Assembly: GCA_030018135.1 (NCBI GenBank)
Contig: JASEGJ010000019.1
Location: forward strand, 1 to 20,406
Direction: 5' to 3'
Origin: Candidatus Hodarchaeaceae archaeon
GTDB taxonomy: Archaea; Hadarchaeota; Hadarchaeia; Hadarchaeales; Hadarchaeaceae
Length of the DNA stretch: 20,406 bases
Shown here: positions 1 through 8,932 of the stretch, one piece after another
Position numbering within the stretch: position 1 is the first letter of the stretch
Layout: every line of letters starts with the position of its first letter
Position numbers and translations under genes: made by a program
The notes under the pieces: model-generated
What the model saw: the letters and a program-made list of their open reading frames with translations, nothing else
What the model was told of the DNA's origin: nothing
Database searches by the model: none

Positions 1-390
1 CTCCCCTAGGCGCTGCACGAGCATGTTGAAGTTGTCCTCCAGGACCCAGGGCAGCACGCCTTTCCCCAACAAGGTCCAATTGCTGGGAAGGCCGCCTCGG
101 TAGTATTCGTTCTCACCCTCTGGTTCGTCGACGTGGTACCAGTGCCTGCAATTGGCCTCATACGGGTCGCTGCTCTTCCACTCGTCCGGCTTGGTGGAGT
201 ATGTCCTTATCGTCGCGATGTTGGTGGAGAAGAACGAGCCGCTCGAGAAGACGTAGCTGGCGTTTTCGACGATGGATCTATGGGTGGCCCCACCCCATGC
301 ACGCACCTCTAAAACTGGTGCCGAGCAGGCGGCAAGGATAGCGACGACAGGGATCAGCGTTCGAAGGGCGACCATCGCGCGTCTTGTCAT
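1..390 (-). CDS. Secreted zinc-dependent phospholipase C / S1-P1 nuclease family protein (5' part; runs off window)
   Basis: Not in the ORF track; translated by hand from ATG 390 with GAGGAGG SD upstream. MTRRAMVALRTLIPVVAILAACSAPVLEVRA (signal peptide) is followed by WGGATH...STKPDEWK...RHWYHVD...GVLPW. A mature N-terminal W-G-x3-H plus PD and RH motifs are typical of this Zn fold. Confidence 0.75.
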   Translation of the reverse strand, partial: MTRRAMVALRTLIPVVAILAACSAPVLEVRAWGGATHRSIVENASYVFSSGSFFSTNIATIRTYSTKPDEWKSSDPYEANCRHWYHVDEPEGENEYYRGGLPSNWTLLGKGVLPWVLEDNFNMLVQRLGE

Positions 391-496
391 TCCGGCCTCA
401 GCCTCCTCGAGTTTTTATGGCGTTTTGGCGTAAAAGGGTGGGGGGCGTCAATTTTGACAACTTTTTCGATAAATCGGGGGCCAATAAAAGCACCAC

Positions 497-3451
497 CTAG
501 GCTGGCGCGAACGGCCACCTGCCCTTTATGGCCAATATCTCAGACCACAGGTCGGCCCTCTCCTCAAGCGATGCGAAGGGCCACCTCGACTTGATCTCCA
601 GTATTCTACCCCAGAGCGCGCTCCTGGTGACGACGAAGCTAGCCAGAGTCGAAATCACGTTCTCGGTGTTGTCGTAGGTCAGGTCCAGCCTAACTTTCTC
701 GATCGCTTTGTTCTCGGGGTGCGGCACGATCGTCGAGAAGCTCACGTTATCCGGCGTCGGGCCGCTCCACACGACGTTTTCGCCCTGGTAGCTCCCGCCG
801 TAGGTGTAGAACTTGACCACGAGCTTGGAGCCATCGGTGAGCCTGGCGCTGACGCTCAAGCCGACTTCGTGGAGGGTTACGAGGTCGAACTCGACCGACG
901 CGTTTTCCGCCCTCGCGATGCAGCTCGCGGCGGCGCTCACCGCATTATCGCTGAGCGAGGTGGCGACGATGGTTATGCTATCCTCGACGCCCGATGCCGC
1001 GTTTTCTGGGACGGCTATGGTCAGTGCGACGCTCACGTTTTCGCCGGCCGGGATCGTCAGGTAATTGTCCGAGAGCGTCGGGCCCCAGCCGAGGTCGTCG
1101 GTCGCCTCGAGCGAGAAGTTGTCCTCGGCGTTGCCTAGGTTCGTCACCAGAACGGCGTACTCCAACGTCGTCCCCGGCAGGGTGCCTTGGTTTTCCGGCG
1201 ATACCGAGAGCATCACGCCCCTGACGATCGCCGCTCGGGCTATGCAGTTCGCGGACCTCGAGACGCCCGTGCCAGCAGCTACGAGGGTGATGTTGTCCTC
1301 GGCCGAGCCCGGTGTGCCAAGCGGCACGACGACGGTGAGCGTGGCGGTTCCATTTTCGCCGGGCGGCACCTCGAGCGAAGGCGGCGAGATGCTAGGGCCC
1401 CACCCCGCGTTGTCCGCGGCGGTCAGGGAGTAGTTATCCACCACGTTCCCCACATTCTTGACCGTGACGGTGTAGGTGAGCGTCCCCCCGGGCGGGGCGC
1501 TCGCGTTTTCAGGGGCGATCGAAACCTCGACCCCGTATACGGGCGCCGCGCGGGCCACGCAGCTTGTCGAGTCGGAAACCCCAGTCCCGCTCGCCACGAC
1601 GGTTATGTTGTCCTCGGCATATGGTGCTGAATTTTCCGGCACGACGACGCTCAACGTCGCGACCCCATTCTCGCCGGCCAGCACGCTCAGCGAGGTCGGC
1701 TGAACGCTCGGGCCCCAGCCCGAATTATCGCTGACCGTCAGGATGTAATTGTCCGAGACGTTGCCGGTGTTGACGACGGTTACGATATAGTCGAGTACCT
1801 CGCCGGGCGGGCCGCTCTTCTCGCTCGGCGAGATCGATGCCTCGACCCCGTACCTAGGCACCGCGTGGGCGACCTCGACGTAGACCTGGGTTACCCGATG
1901 GCTTTTGGAGGAGGCGCTCCTGACGCCTGCCTGCAGGGCGTCGACCTCGGAGGCGGTCCAGCTCTTGCCGGTAGGGGGGTTCGCCGCCCAATCCCTGTAG
2001 TAGTTTGCGTACGAGGTGGTCAGCGCCATATCCTCGCTCACGTAATCGTTGTCGTGGGTCCTGATCATCAGGTTGATCTTCGTCGCTGCCGCCGTGGTCT
2101 TCCTCGCCCTCGCGTAAACGCGCACGTTGCTTATGGGGACATCCGGGAGCCCGCCGTCGTCTAGGTTGAAAACGTCCCTATGCCCGAGCGTCGCGGTCGC
2201 CGCGTAAGTGCTGTCCTCGTCTGGGGCCACATCGTCGACCGCATCCCAGTGCTCCGTTGCCCCCACGACCGTACTGTACTCCGCGTATTGGCCGCTCGCG
2301 TTTGGCCTCAGCACAGTTATCGTCGTCTCGATGGCTTTGTCGGCCCTCACCAGGCCGTAGCCGTACAGATTGTCCCTTCCCGCCGGCCCCAGGTCCTGAG
2401 CCGTCTGCTGTAAAATCGACCTAACCTGGGCGTTCGTCAGGCCCGGGCTCCTCGCCAAGACCAGTGCCGCCGCGCCAGCGACGTGGGGCGCCGCCATCGA
2501 GGTGCCGCTGGCCCACGCATAGGTGGAGCCCCTGTAGGTGGAGTACACGCCTACGCCCGGCGCGGCGAGCTCGATCTCGGCCCCCTTCGAACTCCACGTG
2601 GGCACTTCGTCGTGCCCGTCGGTGGCCGCCGCCGCGACCACGCTCTCGTACCTCGCGGGGTAGGACACGCCGTTTTCGCCCTCGTTTCCTGCAGCCGCAA
2701 CTAGGAGAATCCCGCGAGCGTACGCTTCATCGCACGCATCCTTGAGGGCGGGGACATCGCTCGTCGTGCCGAGGCTCATGTTTATCACCTGCATGCCGTT
2801 CTGCACGCTCCAGTCTATGCCCTCGACGACATCGCTGACGTAGCCCTTGCCGTTGTCCGCGAGCACCTTCACCGCGTACAGCCACGCCGCCGGGGCGACG
2901 CCGACCACGCCCACGTCGTCGTTGACCGCCGCCGCGATGCCCGCGACGTGGGTGCCGTGGCCGTTCCCGTCGTTCCACCTCGCCGGGTCCGCGCTGTTCT
3001 CATCGCCGACGAGCGAGATACCCCCCTTCACGTTGGCGGCGAGGTCGGGGTGGTCGGGTTGGATGCCGGTGTCGAGGATCGCCACCTTGACGCCTGCGCC
3101 GGTCGAAATGGGCCACGCGCTGGGCGCGCCTATCCTGTCCACCCCCCACGGCACCTGCTGCTCCAGCGCGCGGACGACTTTATCGAGCTCGACGTACGCG
3201 ACGGCCGGGTTCCCCCTGAGCCCCTCGAGGGCTTCGGCCGGCACCCTCGCCGCCAGTCCTGGGATGATGCTGTAGGTCGCGATCACCTCGCCGCCCACCC
3301 CCGCGATCAGGGCGGCGTCCGGTCTTCCCCTGAAGACGATTATCACCCGAACTTCTTCCGAGGGGGCGCTCGCGGGTGCGGGCACGAAAGCTAAAAAAAT
3401 GGTCGCAATGACGATCCAGGCGATGAACTTCCTCGGGCCTTTCTTCCCCAC
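497..3451 (-). CDS. Secreted subtilisin-like S8 serine protease with I9 propeptide, a beta-rich domain, three NEW3/COG1470-like Ig repeats and a repeated C-terminal tail
   Basis: Catalytic triad motifs ILDTG, HGTHVAG and GTSMAAPHVAG; hydrophobic signal FIAWIVIATIFLAFVPA; repeats of the form YGVExSIxP...GxxLxYxVTVxNxGNVxDNY. True start is probably GTG 3451 (or 3460), not 3781. Confidence 0.92.
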   Translation of the reverse strand: MGKKGPRKFIAWIVIATIFLAFVPAPASAPSEEVRVIIVFRGRPDAALIAGVGGEVIATYSIIPGLAARVPAEALEGLRGNPAVAYVELDKVVRALEQQVPWGVDRIGAPSAWPISTGAGVKVAILDTGIQPDHPDLAANVKGGISLVGDENSADPARWNDGNGHGTHVAGIAAAVNDDVGVVGVAPAAWLYAVKVLADNGKGYVSDVVEGIDWSVQNGMQVINMSLGTTSDVPALKDACDEAYARGILLVAAAGNEGENGVSYPARYESVVAAAATDGHDEVPTWSSKGAEIELAAPGVGVYSTYRGSTYAWASGTSMAAPHVAGAAALVLARSPGLTNAQVRSILQQTAQDLGPAGRDNLYGYGLVRADKAIETTITVLRPNASGQYAEYSTVVGATEHWDAVDDVAPDEDSTYAATATLGHRDVFNLDDGGLPDVPISNVRVYARARKTTAAATKINLMIRTHDNDYVSEDMALTTSYANYYRDWAANPPTGKSWTASEVDALQAGVRSASSKSHRVTQVYVEVAHAVPRYGVEASISPSEKSGPPGEVLDYIVTVVNTGNVSDNYILTVSDNSGWGPSVQPTSLSVLAGENGVATLSVVVPENSAPYAEDNITVVASGTGVSDSTSCVARAAPVYGVEVSIAPENASAPPGGTLTYTVTVKNVGNVVDNYSLTAADNAGWGPSISPPSLEVPPGENGTATLTVVVPLGTPGSAEDNITLVAAGTGVSRSANCIARAAIVRGVMLSVSPENQGTLPGTTLEYAVLVTNLGNAEDNFSLEATDDLGWGPTLSDNYLTIPAGENVSVALTIAVPENAASGVEDSITIVATSLSDNAVSAAASCIARAENASVEFDLVTLHEVGLSVSARLTDGSKLVVKFYTYGGSYQGENVVWSGPTPDNVSFSTIVPHPENKAIEKVRLDLTYDNTENVISTLASFVVTRSALWGRILEIKSRWPFASLEERADLWSEILAIKGRWPFAPA

Positions 3452-3576
3452 TTCGCGCACCGGCGGCTGACGCTGGGGTCGAAACGGCGAGTTCGATGGA
3501 GCACGGTTTAATCGCTCGGCCCTCAACCATTGCCTCCTGGGTGCTGCCTCCTTTAGATTGTTTGGGCGTCGGACGA

Positions 3577-3603
3577 TATATAGCTTGTCGATTTGCCATA
3601 AAA
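3577..3603 (-). promoter_or_regulatory. TATA promoter plus upstream element of the subtilase transcript
   Basis: Minus strand reads TTTTATGGCAAATCGACAAGCTATATA, nearly identical to the element at 12184-12211. Confidence 0.65.
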
Positions 3604-3664
3604 ATGACTTAAAACTTGAATTTTTACTAAAAACGCGTGCAGCCCTTCGAAGACGCTCCATTTG

Positions 3665-3772
3665 GACGTATATACGTCGCCTCGACCCTCGCCGGCATGG
3701 ACGTATATGCGTCGCGAGGGCGTCTCCGGCGTACGACGCTCCTCGGCCCCTGAGATGACGTATATGCGTCGC
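3665..3772. repeat. Three 14-bp palindromes GACGTATAT(A/G)CGTC
   Basis: Copies at 3665-3678 (perfect palindrome), 3700-3713 and 3757-3770, each followed by GC. Confidence 0.9.
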
Positions 3773-3851
3773 GGGAAACATCCTGATGCCTCACGGGCGC
3801 GAAAATTGTTCGGCCATGTCCCCGCCCTGCAGCCTCCCCGAAAACGCATAG

Positions 3852-5161
3852 GCGCTCAAGGGCAAGCCCCACATTTACCTCCTGTGCGATAGGAGGAGCG
3901 ACTCCGACATGCTCAAGGAATTTTCGATGGAGGTGGGCAGGTTTTTCGGCGACATCGGAGTTTCTTTGGCCGGGCTGCCGGACTGGGTCATGCTCTTCAA
4001 GTATCTGAGGGAAAAAGTGGGCGGTAAAAGGGTCCCAGTGGTGGTGGATGAATTCCCATTTTTGGCCGGTGCAAATAGGGCGATGCCCTCCCTCTTCCAA
4101 AGGGGTTGGGACGAGCACCTCCGACATACGAACGTCTTCCTCATCCTCTGCGGCTCGAGCATCTCGATGATGGAGAAGGGCGTCCCGAGCTACAGGAGCC
4201 CCCTTTACGGGAGGAGGACTGGACAATTGTTCTTTCAACCCTTAAAATTCAACGACGCTAGGAAGTTCTTCCCGAGGAAGGGTCTGGGCGAGCAAATGGA
4301 ATTTTACGCCGTCCTGGGCGGGACGCCGGCGTACCTGCTTCAATTTTCCGAGGAAAAGGACCTCATCGAGAACATAAGGGAGAGGGTGCTGAGGAGGGAT
4401 GCCTTCCTATACAACGAGGTGGAATTCGTGCTGAGGGGGGAGCTCAAGGAGCCCAGGAAGTACTTCACCATTTTGAAGGAGATCGCCTTCGGCAGGACGA
4501 AGCTCAACGACATCAGCCGGGCGACGGGGGTCGAGAGGGGCATCCTCTCGAGGTATCTCTCCATCCTCGAGGACCTGAGGGTGATAAGGAGGAGCGTCCC
4601 GGTGACCGAAAAGCACCCCCATAAATCGAGGAAGGGGGTGTACGAGATCGAGGACAATTTTTTCAAATTTTGGTTCGAGTTCGTCTTTCCCAACCGAAGC
4701 TACATCGAGGGGGGCGAGCCAGAGCTGGTCATAAAAAAGATCATCGAGGGGCTCGATGCGTACCTCGGCCGCGTGTTCGAGGAGGTTTGCTCGGAGGCGC
4801 TTTGGTGGATGCTCAAGCTGGGGAGGGCGCCCTTCACCTTCACCGAGCTCGGAAAATGGTGGTCGAGGGAGGATGAGGTGGACATCGTCGCGCTAAACGA
4901 GCGGACCAAGGAGGTCCTTTCGCGGAGTGCAAGTGGCAGAAAAAGCCCGTCGGCGTGGATGTGGTCGAGGACCTGCTCAAGAAGCGGGATGCGGTGGACT
5001 GGCAGGGGGAAAGGAGGAAGGAGTACTTCGCCATTTTCTCGAGGTCGGGCTTTAAAAGATCCTGCTCGAGGCGTTGCGAGGAAAATGGGGTTTTGGCGCT
5101 GGACCTGAATGACCTCAAGGGGTTGCTTGAGGAAGTTCAAACACCAGCTGCGGGTAGGTGA
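3852..5161 (+). pseudogene. Archaeal ATPase (COG1672 type) with wHTH, DUF234 and C-terminal PD-(D/E)xK-like region; N-truncated and frameshifted
   Basis: Walker B VVVDEFP, GSSISMM, SPLYGRRTG, GGTPAYL, DNFFKFWF. No Walker A: homology starts after the TAG at 3849 (ALKGKPHIYLLCD). One T is missing at about 4918-4920, which breaks EVDIVALN...EVL(F)AECKW; the tail continues in ORF 4955-5161. Confidence 0.8.
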
Positions 5162-5407
5162 TGGGACGAGGTTCAAGTAAGTCGAATGGGTCGCCTCCGC
5201 CTCCTTCTTACCTTGGCATCCTCCCTTCAGCGCAGCCCACATCGGGAAATGCTCACTGAACCTAGCGATAATTAAGATGGGTCGTAAGGGGTCCTGGAAT
5301 CGAGCTGGATGTGGTCGGCTGGTTTTGATTTGACGAAAGCTCCCGTCGACGTAAATCGGCGCCAAGTATTTATAGTTTATAGCCTATGGTAAAATAGGTG
5401 AGGAAAA

Positions 5408-5602
5408 ATGGTAACCACCATTCAGGTGCATGAGGACGTCCTCGAACGTTTGAATGCCCTAAAAAAGGAGATGGGGGCTAGGTCCACCGAGGAGGTTATA
5501 AAAGTGCTTCTAAAAAGCGCAAAGAGCCTTAAAAAATCCCACTTCGGCTCGCTTCCTGGGCTTAGGGCATTCGAGAGGGAGGAGATTGACCGTCTTAGTT
5601 GA
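5408..5602 (+). CDS. vapB: VapB-type ribbon-helix-helix antitoxin
   Basis: MVTTIQVHEDVLERLNALKK..STEEVIKVLL; overlaps the downstream PIN gene; TTTATA boxes and GGTGAGG SD upstream. Confidence 0.8.
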   Translation: MVTTIQVHEDVLERLNALKKEMGARSTEEVIKVLLKSAKSLKKSHFGSLPGLRAFEREEIDRLS

Positions 5603-5963
5603 CTCGTGGGCTTGGGTCGAATATTTCAGGGGGAGCGAGGCCGGGAGGAGGGCGAGGGAAGTCATAGAAGGTTCGGAGGAGGTCGCGATCGTGAGCGCGA
5701 TCAACGTAGCCGAGGTATTTCATTGGGTCCTCCGGTTCTACGACGAGAGGACGGCTGAGGAGAAGAGGGAGGCGATGAAGCAAAGGGCGTTTGTGTGCGA
5801 TGTCGGCGAGGAGGTGGCGGTGGATGCCGCCAAGTTGAGGCTGAGGAAAGGGTTGGGGCTGGGGGGCGCGATCGTCTACGCCACGGCAAAGAGGGAGAAG
5901 GCCGAAATTTTGACCGGCGATCCCGATTTTAATGGTTTGGATGGGGTCATCTTCATGGGCTAG
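5586..5963 (+). CDS. vapC: VapC PIN-domain toxin
   Basis: VLVDSWAWVEY, NVAEV and ILTGDPDF motifs; 125 aa; TTG start. Confidence 0.9.
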   Translation: MTVLVDSWAWVEYFRGSEAGRRAREVIEGSEEVAIVSAINVAEVFHWVLRFYDERTAEEKREAMKQRAFVCDVGEEVAVDAAKLRLRKGLGLGGAIVYATAKREKAEILTGDPDFNGLDGVIFMG

Positions 5964-5969
5964 GTCGTT

Positions 5970-6581
5970 TCAGGGGAGCAGAAGCCGCAGCAGCGCCGGC
6001 CTCTTCACCGCCCTCCGACGCCTAGCCAGCGAGCCGAGCGAGAACGCGACAACAGCCACCCCGGCCATGGCGATCGCAACCACGAGCAGGGGCAGGCGCG
6101 ACGGCGGCGGGGGGAGCTCGCTCGCGGTCTCTATCCTGGCTATAACGATGTACTCGATATCGAAGACCTCCCCAACTTCGGCCAGCCTCCTGACCGAGAT
6201 CCAAACCTCCCACCGCTGGCTAGTCAGGTTCTCCTGGCGCGGGATGTTCAGGTATATGTCGACGGTGCCGCTCGAGTTTTCGTCGATCTCGAGGACGGCT
6301 GGCGTCGGGATCACCCAGCTCGGGTCGGGAATGGCCTCGTAGCCCTCCCTTAGGTTCTCCCGTGGCGGTGCCAGCACGGAGAGGGCGAAGGTCCGCTTGA
6401 TGTTGTCGCCGTTACGTACGACGAGCTTCCTCTCGAGCATGTAGGGCTCGCCCATGGGTGGGGCGTCCTCGACCAGGAACTCGGCGGGCGACACGCTGAA
6501 GAGCTGCGGCCGGGCGAGCGTCATGGTCGCGGATATCACGCCCAGCGACAGGAGGGCTAGAGCTGAGATTTTGGCCCGCAT
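5970..6581 (-). CDS. Secreted Ig-like (DUF916/PapD-like) protein with C-terminal transmembrane anchor, paralog A
   Basis: Signal peptide MRAKISALALLSLG; FSVSPAEF...LVVRNGD; Pro linker, TM helix and basic tail RRRR. The fold assignment is inference. Confidence 0.7.
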   Translation of the reverse strand: MRAKISALALLSLGVISATMTLARPQLFSVSPAEFLVEDAPPMGEPYMLERKLVVRNGDNIKRTFALSVLAPPRENLREGYEAIPDPSWVIPTPAVLEIDENSSGTVDIYLNIPRQENLTSQRWEVWISVRRLAEVGEVFDIEYIVIARIETASELPPPPSRLPLLVVAIAMAGVAVVAFSLGSLARRRRAVKRPALLRLLLP

Positions 6582-6901
6582 CCCGCCAGCCTCAGGGGAA
6601 TACCCGTCCCCTGGCCCTCCCCCTCGCCCTACCCCTATACCTCGTCCAAGCGCCAAACGCCAGCGCCGCCACGGCGATTCCGATCACCAAGGCGACGATC
6701 GCGGGGACCGGCAGCAGGGGCGGCGGGGGCGGCAACTCCGCGGTGGTCTCTATCTTCGCCCTGCAGATCAGCTCCGGCTCGAGAACTTCGCCGATCTCGG
6801 CCAGCCTCCTGACCGAGATCCAAACCTCCCACCGCTGGCTAGTCAGGTTCTCCTGGCGCGGGATGTTCAGGTATATGTCGACGGTGCCGCTCGAGTTTTC
6901 G
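6178..6901. repeat. Identical blocks shared by the tandem paralogs
   Basis: 105 bp are identical at 6178-6282 and 6797-6901; a further 48 bp or so are identical at 6421-6468 and about 7040-7087. Confidence 0.85.
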
Positions 6902-7224
6902 CCGACCTCTATGACCTGGGGGATGAGGACGACCCAGTTTTCGTTGGGGATCGGCCCATAGCCCTCCCTGAGGTTCTCGGTGGGGGGCGGGAGCGCGGAG
7001 ATGATGAAGGTGCGCTTTATGCTGTCGCCGTTGCGCACCACGAGCTTCCTCTCGAGCATGTAGGGCTCGCCCATGGGTGGGGCGTCCCTGACCGTGAACT
7101 CCGCCGGCGATATGCCGAAGCCGACGGGCTCCTCCTGGGCGCGCGTCGGGGAGACCGTCGAGACGATCATGAGCAGGGTTGCGACGGCGGCCGCGAACCC
7201 CACCCAATTTTCGATATCCCCCAT
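6592..7224 (-). CDS. Secreted Ig-like protein with C-terminal transmembrane anchor, paralog B
   Basis: ATG 7224 with GGAGG SD; highly similar to paralog A (APPMGEPYMLERKLVVRNGD, ENSSGTVDIYLNIPRQENLTSQRWEVWISVRRLAE). Confidence 0.75.
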   Translation of the reverse strand: MGDIENWVGFAAAVATLLMIVSTVSPTRAQEEPVGFGISPAEFTVRDAPPMGEPYMLERKLVVRNGDSIKRTFIISALPPPTENLREGYGPIPNENWVVLIPQVIEVGENSSGTVDIYLNIPRQENLTSQRWEVWISVRRLAEIGEVLEPELICRAKIETTAELPPPPPLLPVPAIVALVIGIAVAALAFGAWTRYRGRARGRARGRVFP

Positions 7225-7329
7225 TATTTCCTCCAATACTCTATCGCATCGATGGGATAAAAACACTGGGGAGGCGCTCGCCGTGCCCTCGCTTCAAAGG
7301 GACTATCTCATCATTTATACAGGTGAAAA

Positions 7330-7490
7330 ATGGCCAAGCTTAAGCGGGCGATGCAGCTCCCGCGCGAACGAAAGGTCTCCATCGGGAGGGCTTGCGGGGG
7401 TTACCATCTCGAGATGATAGAGGCGATGCCCGGACGCGGGGTCCACCTCGGTTACACGGTGGACGAACTGCGGGGGGACGTAAAGCCCGC
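7330..7490 (+). pseudogene. Degenerate UPF0175-family antitoxin
   Basis: KLKRAMQLPRERKVSIGRA...EMIEAMPGRGVHLGYTVDELRGD resembles the UPF0175 pattern (ALxLYxxGKISLGKAA...RGVxLxYxxEELxED); AGGTGA SD and TTTATA upstream. Confidence 0.5.
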
Positions 7491-7540
7491 CTCCAAGCAG
7501 CCCCGATGGGGAGTTCGATTTGGTGCCGAGCCCCTTGGGC

Positions 7541-7606
7541 TACGGGGCGGCTTTAACCAAGATTTTTTTAGGGGAACTCAAGAAGCTCCCGGAAGACCTA
7601 AGGAGT
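7541..7606 (+). pseudogene. Possible RelE/ParE toxin N-terminal fragment
   Basis: YGAALTKIFLGELKKLPEDLRS resembles RelE YxVxLTxxFxKELKKL; the match is short. Confidence 0.35.
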
Positions 7607-7678
7607 TTGGAAGTTCTTTCCCAGTTGAGACCGAGGCTCATAGCCGGCGTGCTTCCGAACATCGCCAACGTCCGGTTG

Positions 7679-8752
7679 TTAGAATTTGGTCGCCATGTAC
7701 CTAATTACCGGATCGGGGATGACAAAGGAACCATTTTGCAGCCTTTCGAGATAACCGTATCGCACAAGCTTGTCCAACAAGTAAGTGAGATCGGATTTGG
7801 AGATGGGGCCCAACTTAACGCTGGCCCTCTCGCGAATCTCAGACCATTTGAGGGCGCCGCCCGCAACTGCCCTTAACACCGTTTGATAGCGATCGCTCCA
7901 CCGCAGAATTTTTTTGCTCTCCTCAGCCGCTAATTTTGCCGCCATCTTCAGGAACCTGTCAAGTTCAGCCTTTCCCTCCGAGACGTAGGTGTAGCCATAG
8001 AGGGTCAACCATCCAATTAACCCATCAAGGGCATCAACCACTTCCCCCAAATCAGGGTGCTTCACTCCCGCCTCTTTGAATCCCTCTTTCAAGAAATCCA
8101 TCGCCTGTTCGTGGCTAAGCCTTCCAAGCTCGATGATTCTCGCGTGCCTGCCGTAAAGGGGTGCGCGGGGGTCCTCCGTCCCCAAAAAATCCTGCAGCAC
8201 CCCGACCTGGGATCCCGTCAAGGCGAATACAAGGTTGCCCAAGTTATCGATGGCCCATGCCAACAATCCATCGTACCTCGTCCTGCCAGCCAGCCTCAGG
8301 TACTGTGCTTCATCTATGGCTATGACGACCTTTTCCCCACGCGCTGAAGCCCACCCATCCATAGCCCTGAAGATATCCGTGAGCGATGCCCCTTTTTCCC
8401 TCCAGTCGAGCTGGATCTCGAATCCGGCAATTTTGACCCCCCTCACCTTCTCCAACCATGAAGTGAAGCGATGGATCCTGCTCAACTTTGAGAGTTCCTG
8501 GGAAAGCGCGCGGTAAAGGTGAAACTTCGAAACGGACCCATAGGTGAAGTAAACCTCTCGTAAGTCCAGCCTCACGAATGGGTGCTTAGATTCAGCCAAC
8601 GCGACATTCAGCAGGGAAGATTTGCCGAGCCTCCTTATCCCCTGGATCACCACGAATTTTTCCCTTTTGATTGATTCAAGCAGCTCCTGCAGCTCAGCCT
8701 CCCTGTTGTAGAAATCTTTCTTATCCTTTTTCGGCTCGGGATCAAACAACAT
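7679..8752 (-). CDS. Archaeal ATPase (ATPase_2/COG1672) with C-terminal winged helix
   Basis: MLFDPEPK..DFYNREAEL, Walker A GIRRLGKSS, Walker B IAIDEAQYL, TGSQVG, PLYGR, DG.IGWL, C-terminal L..YGYL...PDP. Start ATG 8752. Confidence 0.9.
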   Translation of the reverse strand: MLFDPEPKKDKKDFYNREAELQELLESIKREKFVVIQGIRRLGKSSLLNVALAESKHPFVRLDLREVYFTYGSVSKFHLYRALSQELSKLSRIHRFTSWLEKVRGVKIAGFEIQLDWREKGASLTDIFRAMDGWASARGEKVVIAIDEAQYLRLAGRTRYDGLLAWAIDNLGNLVFALTGSQVGVLQDFLGTEDPRAPLYGRHARIIELGRLSHEQAMDFLKEGFKEAGVKHPDLGEVVDALDGLIGWLTLYGYTYVSEGKAELDRFLKMAAKLAAEESKKILRWSDRYQTVLRAVAGGALKWSEIRERASVKLGPISKSDLTYLLDKLVRYGYLERLQNGSFVIPDPVIRYMATKF

Positions 8753-8753
8753 G

Positions 8754-8794
8754 GTTCTACCCCTTGAACTAGTTCTACCCCTTGAACTATTTAA
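8754..8794 (-). promoter_or_regulatory. Tandem 18-bp operator-like repeat between the TATA box and the ATPase start
   Basis: GTTCTACCCCTTGAACTA occurs twice (8754-8771 and 8772-8789), each copy a GTTC-N8-GAAC dyad; TTAAATA on the minus strand at about 8787-8793. Confidence 0.75.
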
Positions 8795-8932
8795 GGGTTT
8801 GAGCCCCTGCTTGCCGCGGGCTGAAAGGGCAGCGATATTCCGAACTGGATAGTCGGCGGGTGAACGTTGCAAAATCGAGAAAAAATAAAAGCCATGAGGA
8901 GGCGCTCGCGGCGCCCCCTCCCGAACTCATGC

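Noticed and set aside
719-3394. Many plus-strand ORFs opposite the large minus-strand genes, and similar ones elsewhere
   Set aside because: Shadow ORFs of GC-rich coding DNA with no motifs.
3461-3781. 107-aa N-terminal extension of the subtilase in the ORF track
   Set aside because: It reads through the promoter and palindromes and is Arg-rich; the signal peptide starts near 3451.
5162-5365. Possible gene fragment between the ATPase pseudogene and vapB
   Set aside because: No recognisable motif in the frames I examined.
8753-8872. N-terminal extension of the ATPase (SSRGRT repeats)
   Set aside because: It is the translated operator repeat; the family-typical start is MLFDP at 8752.
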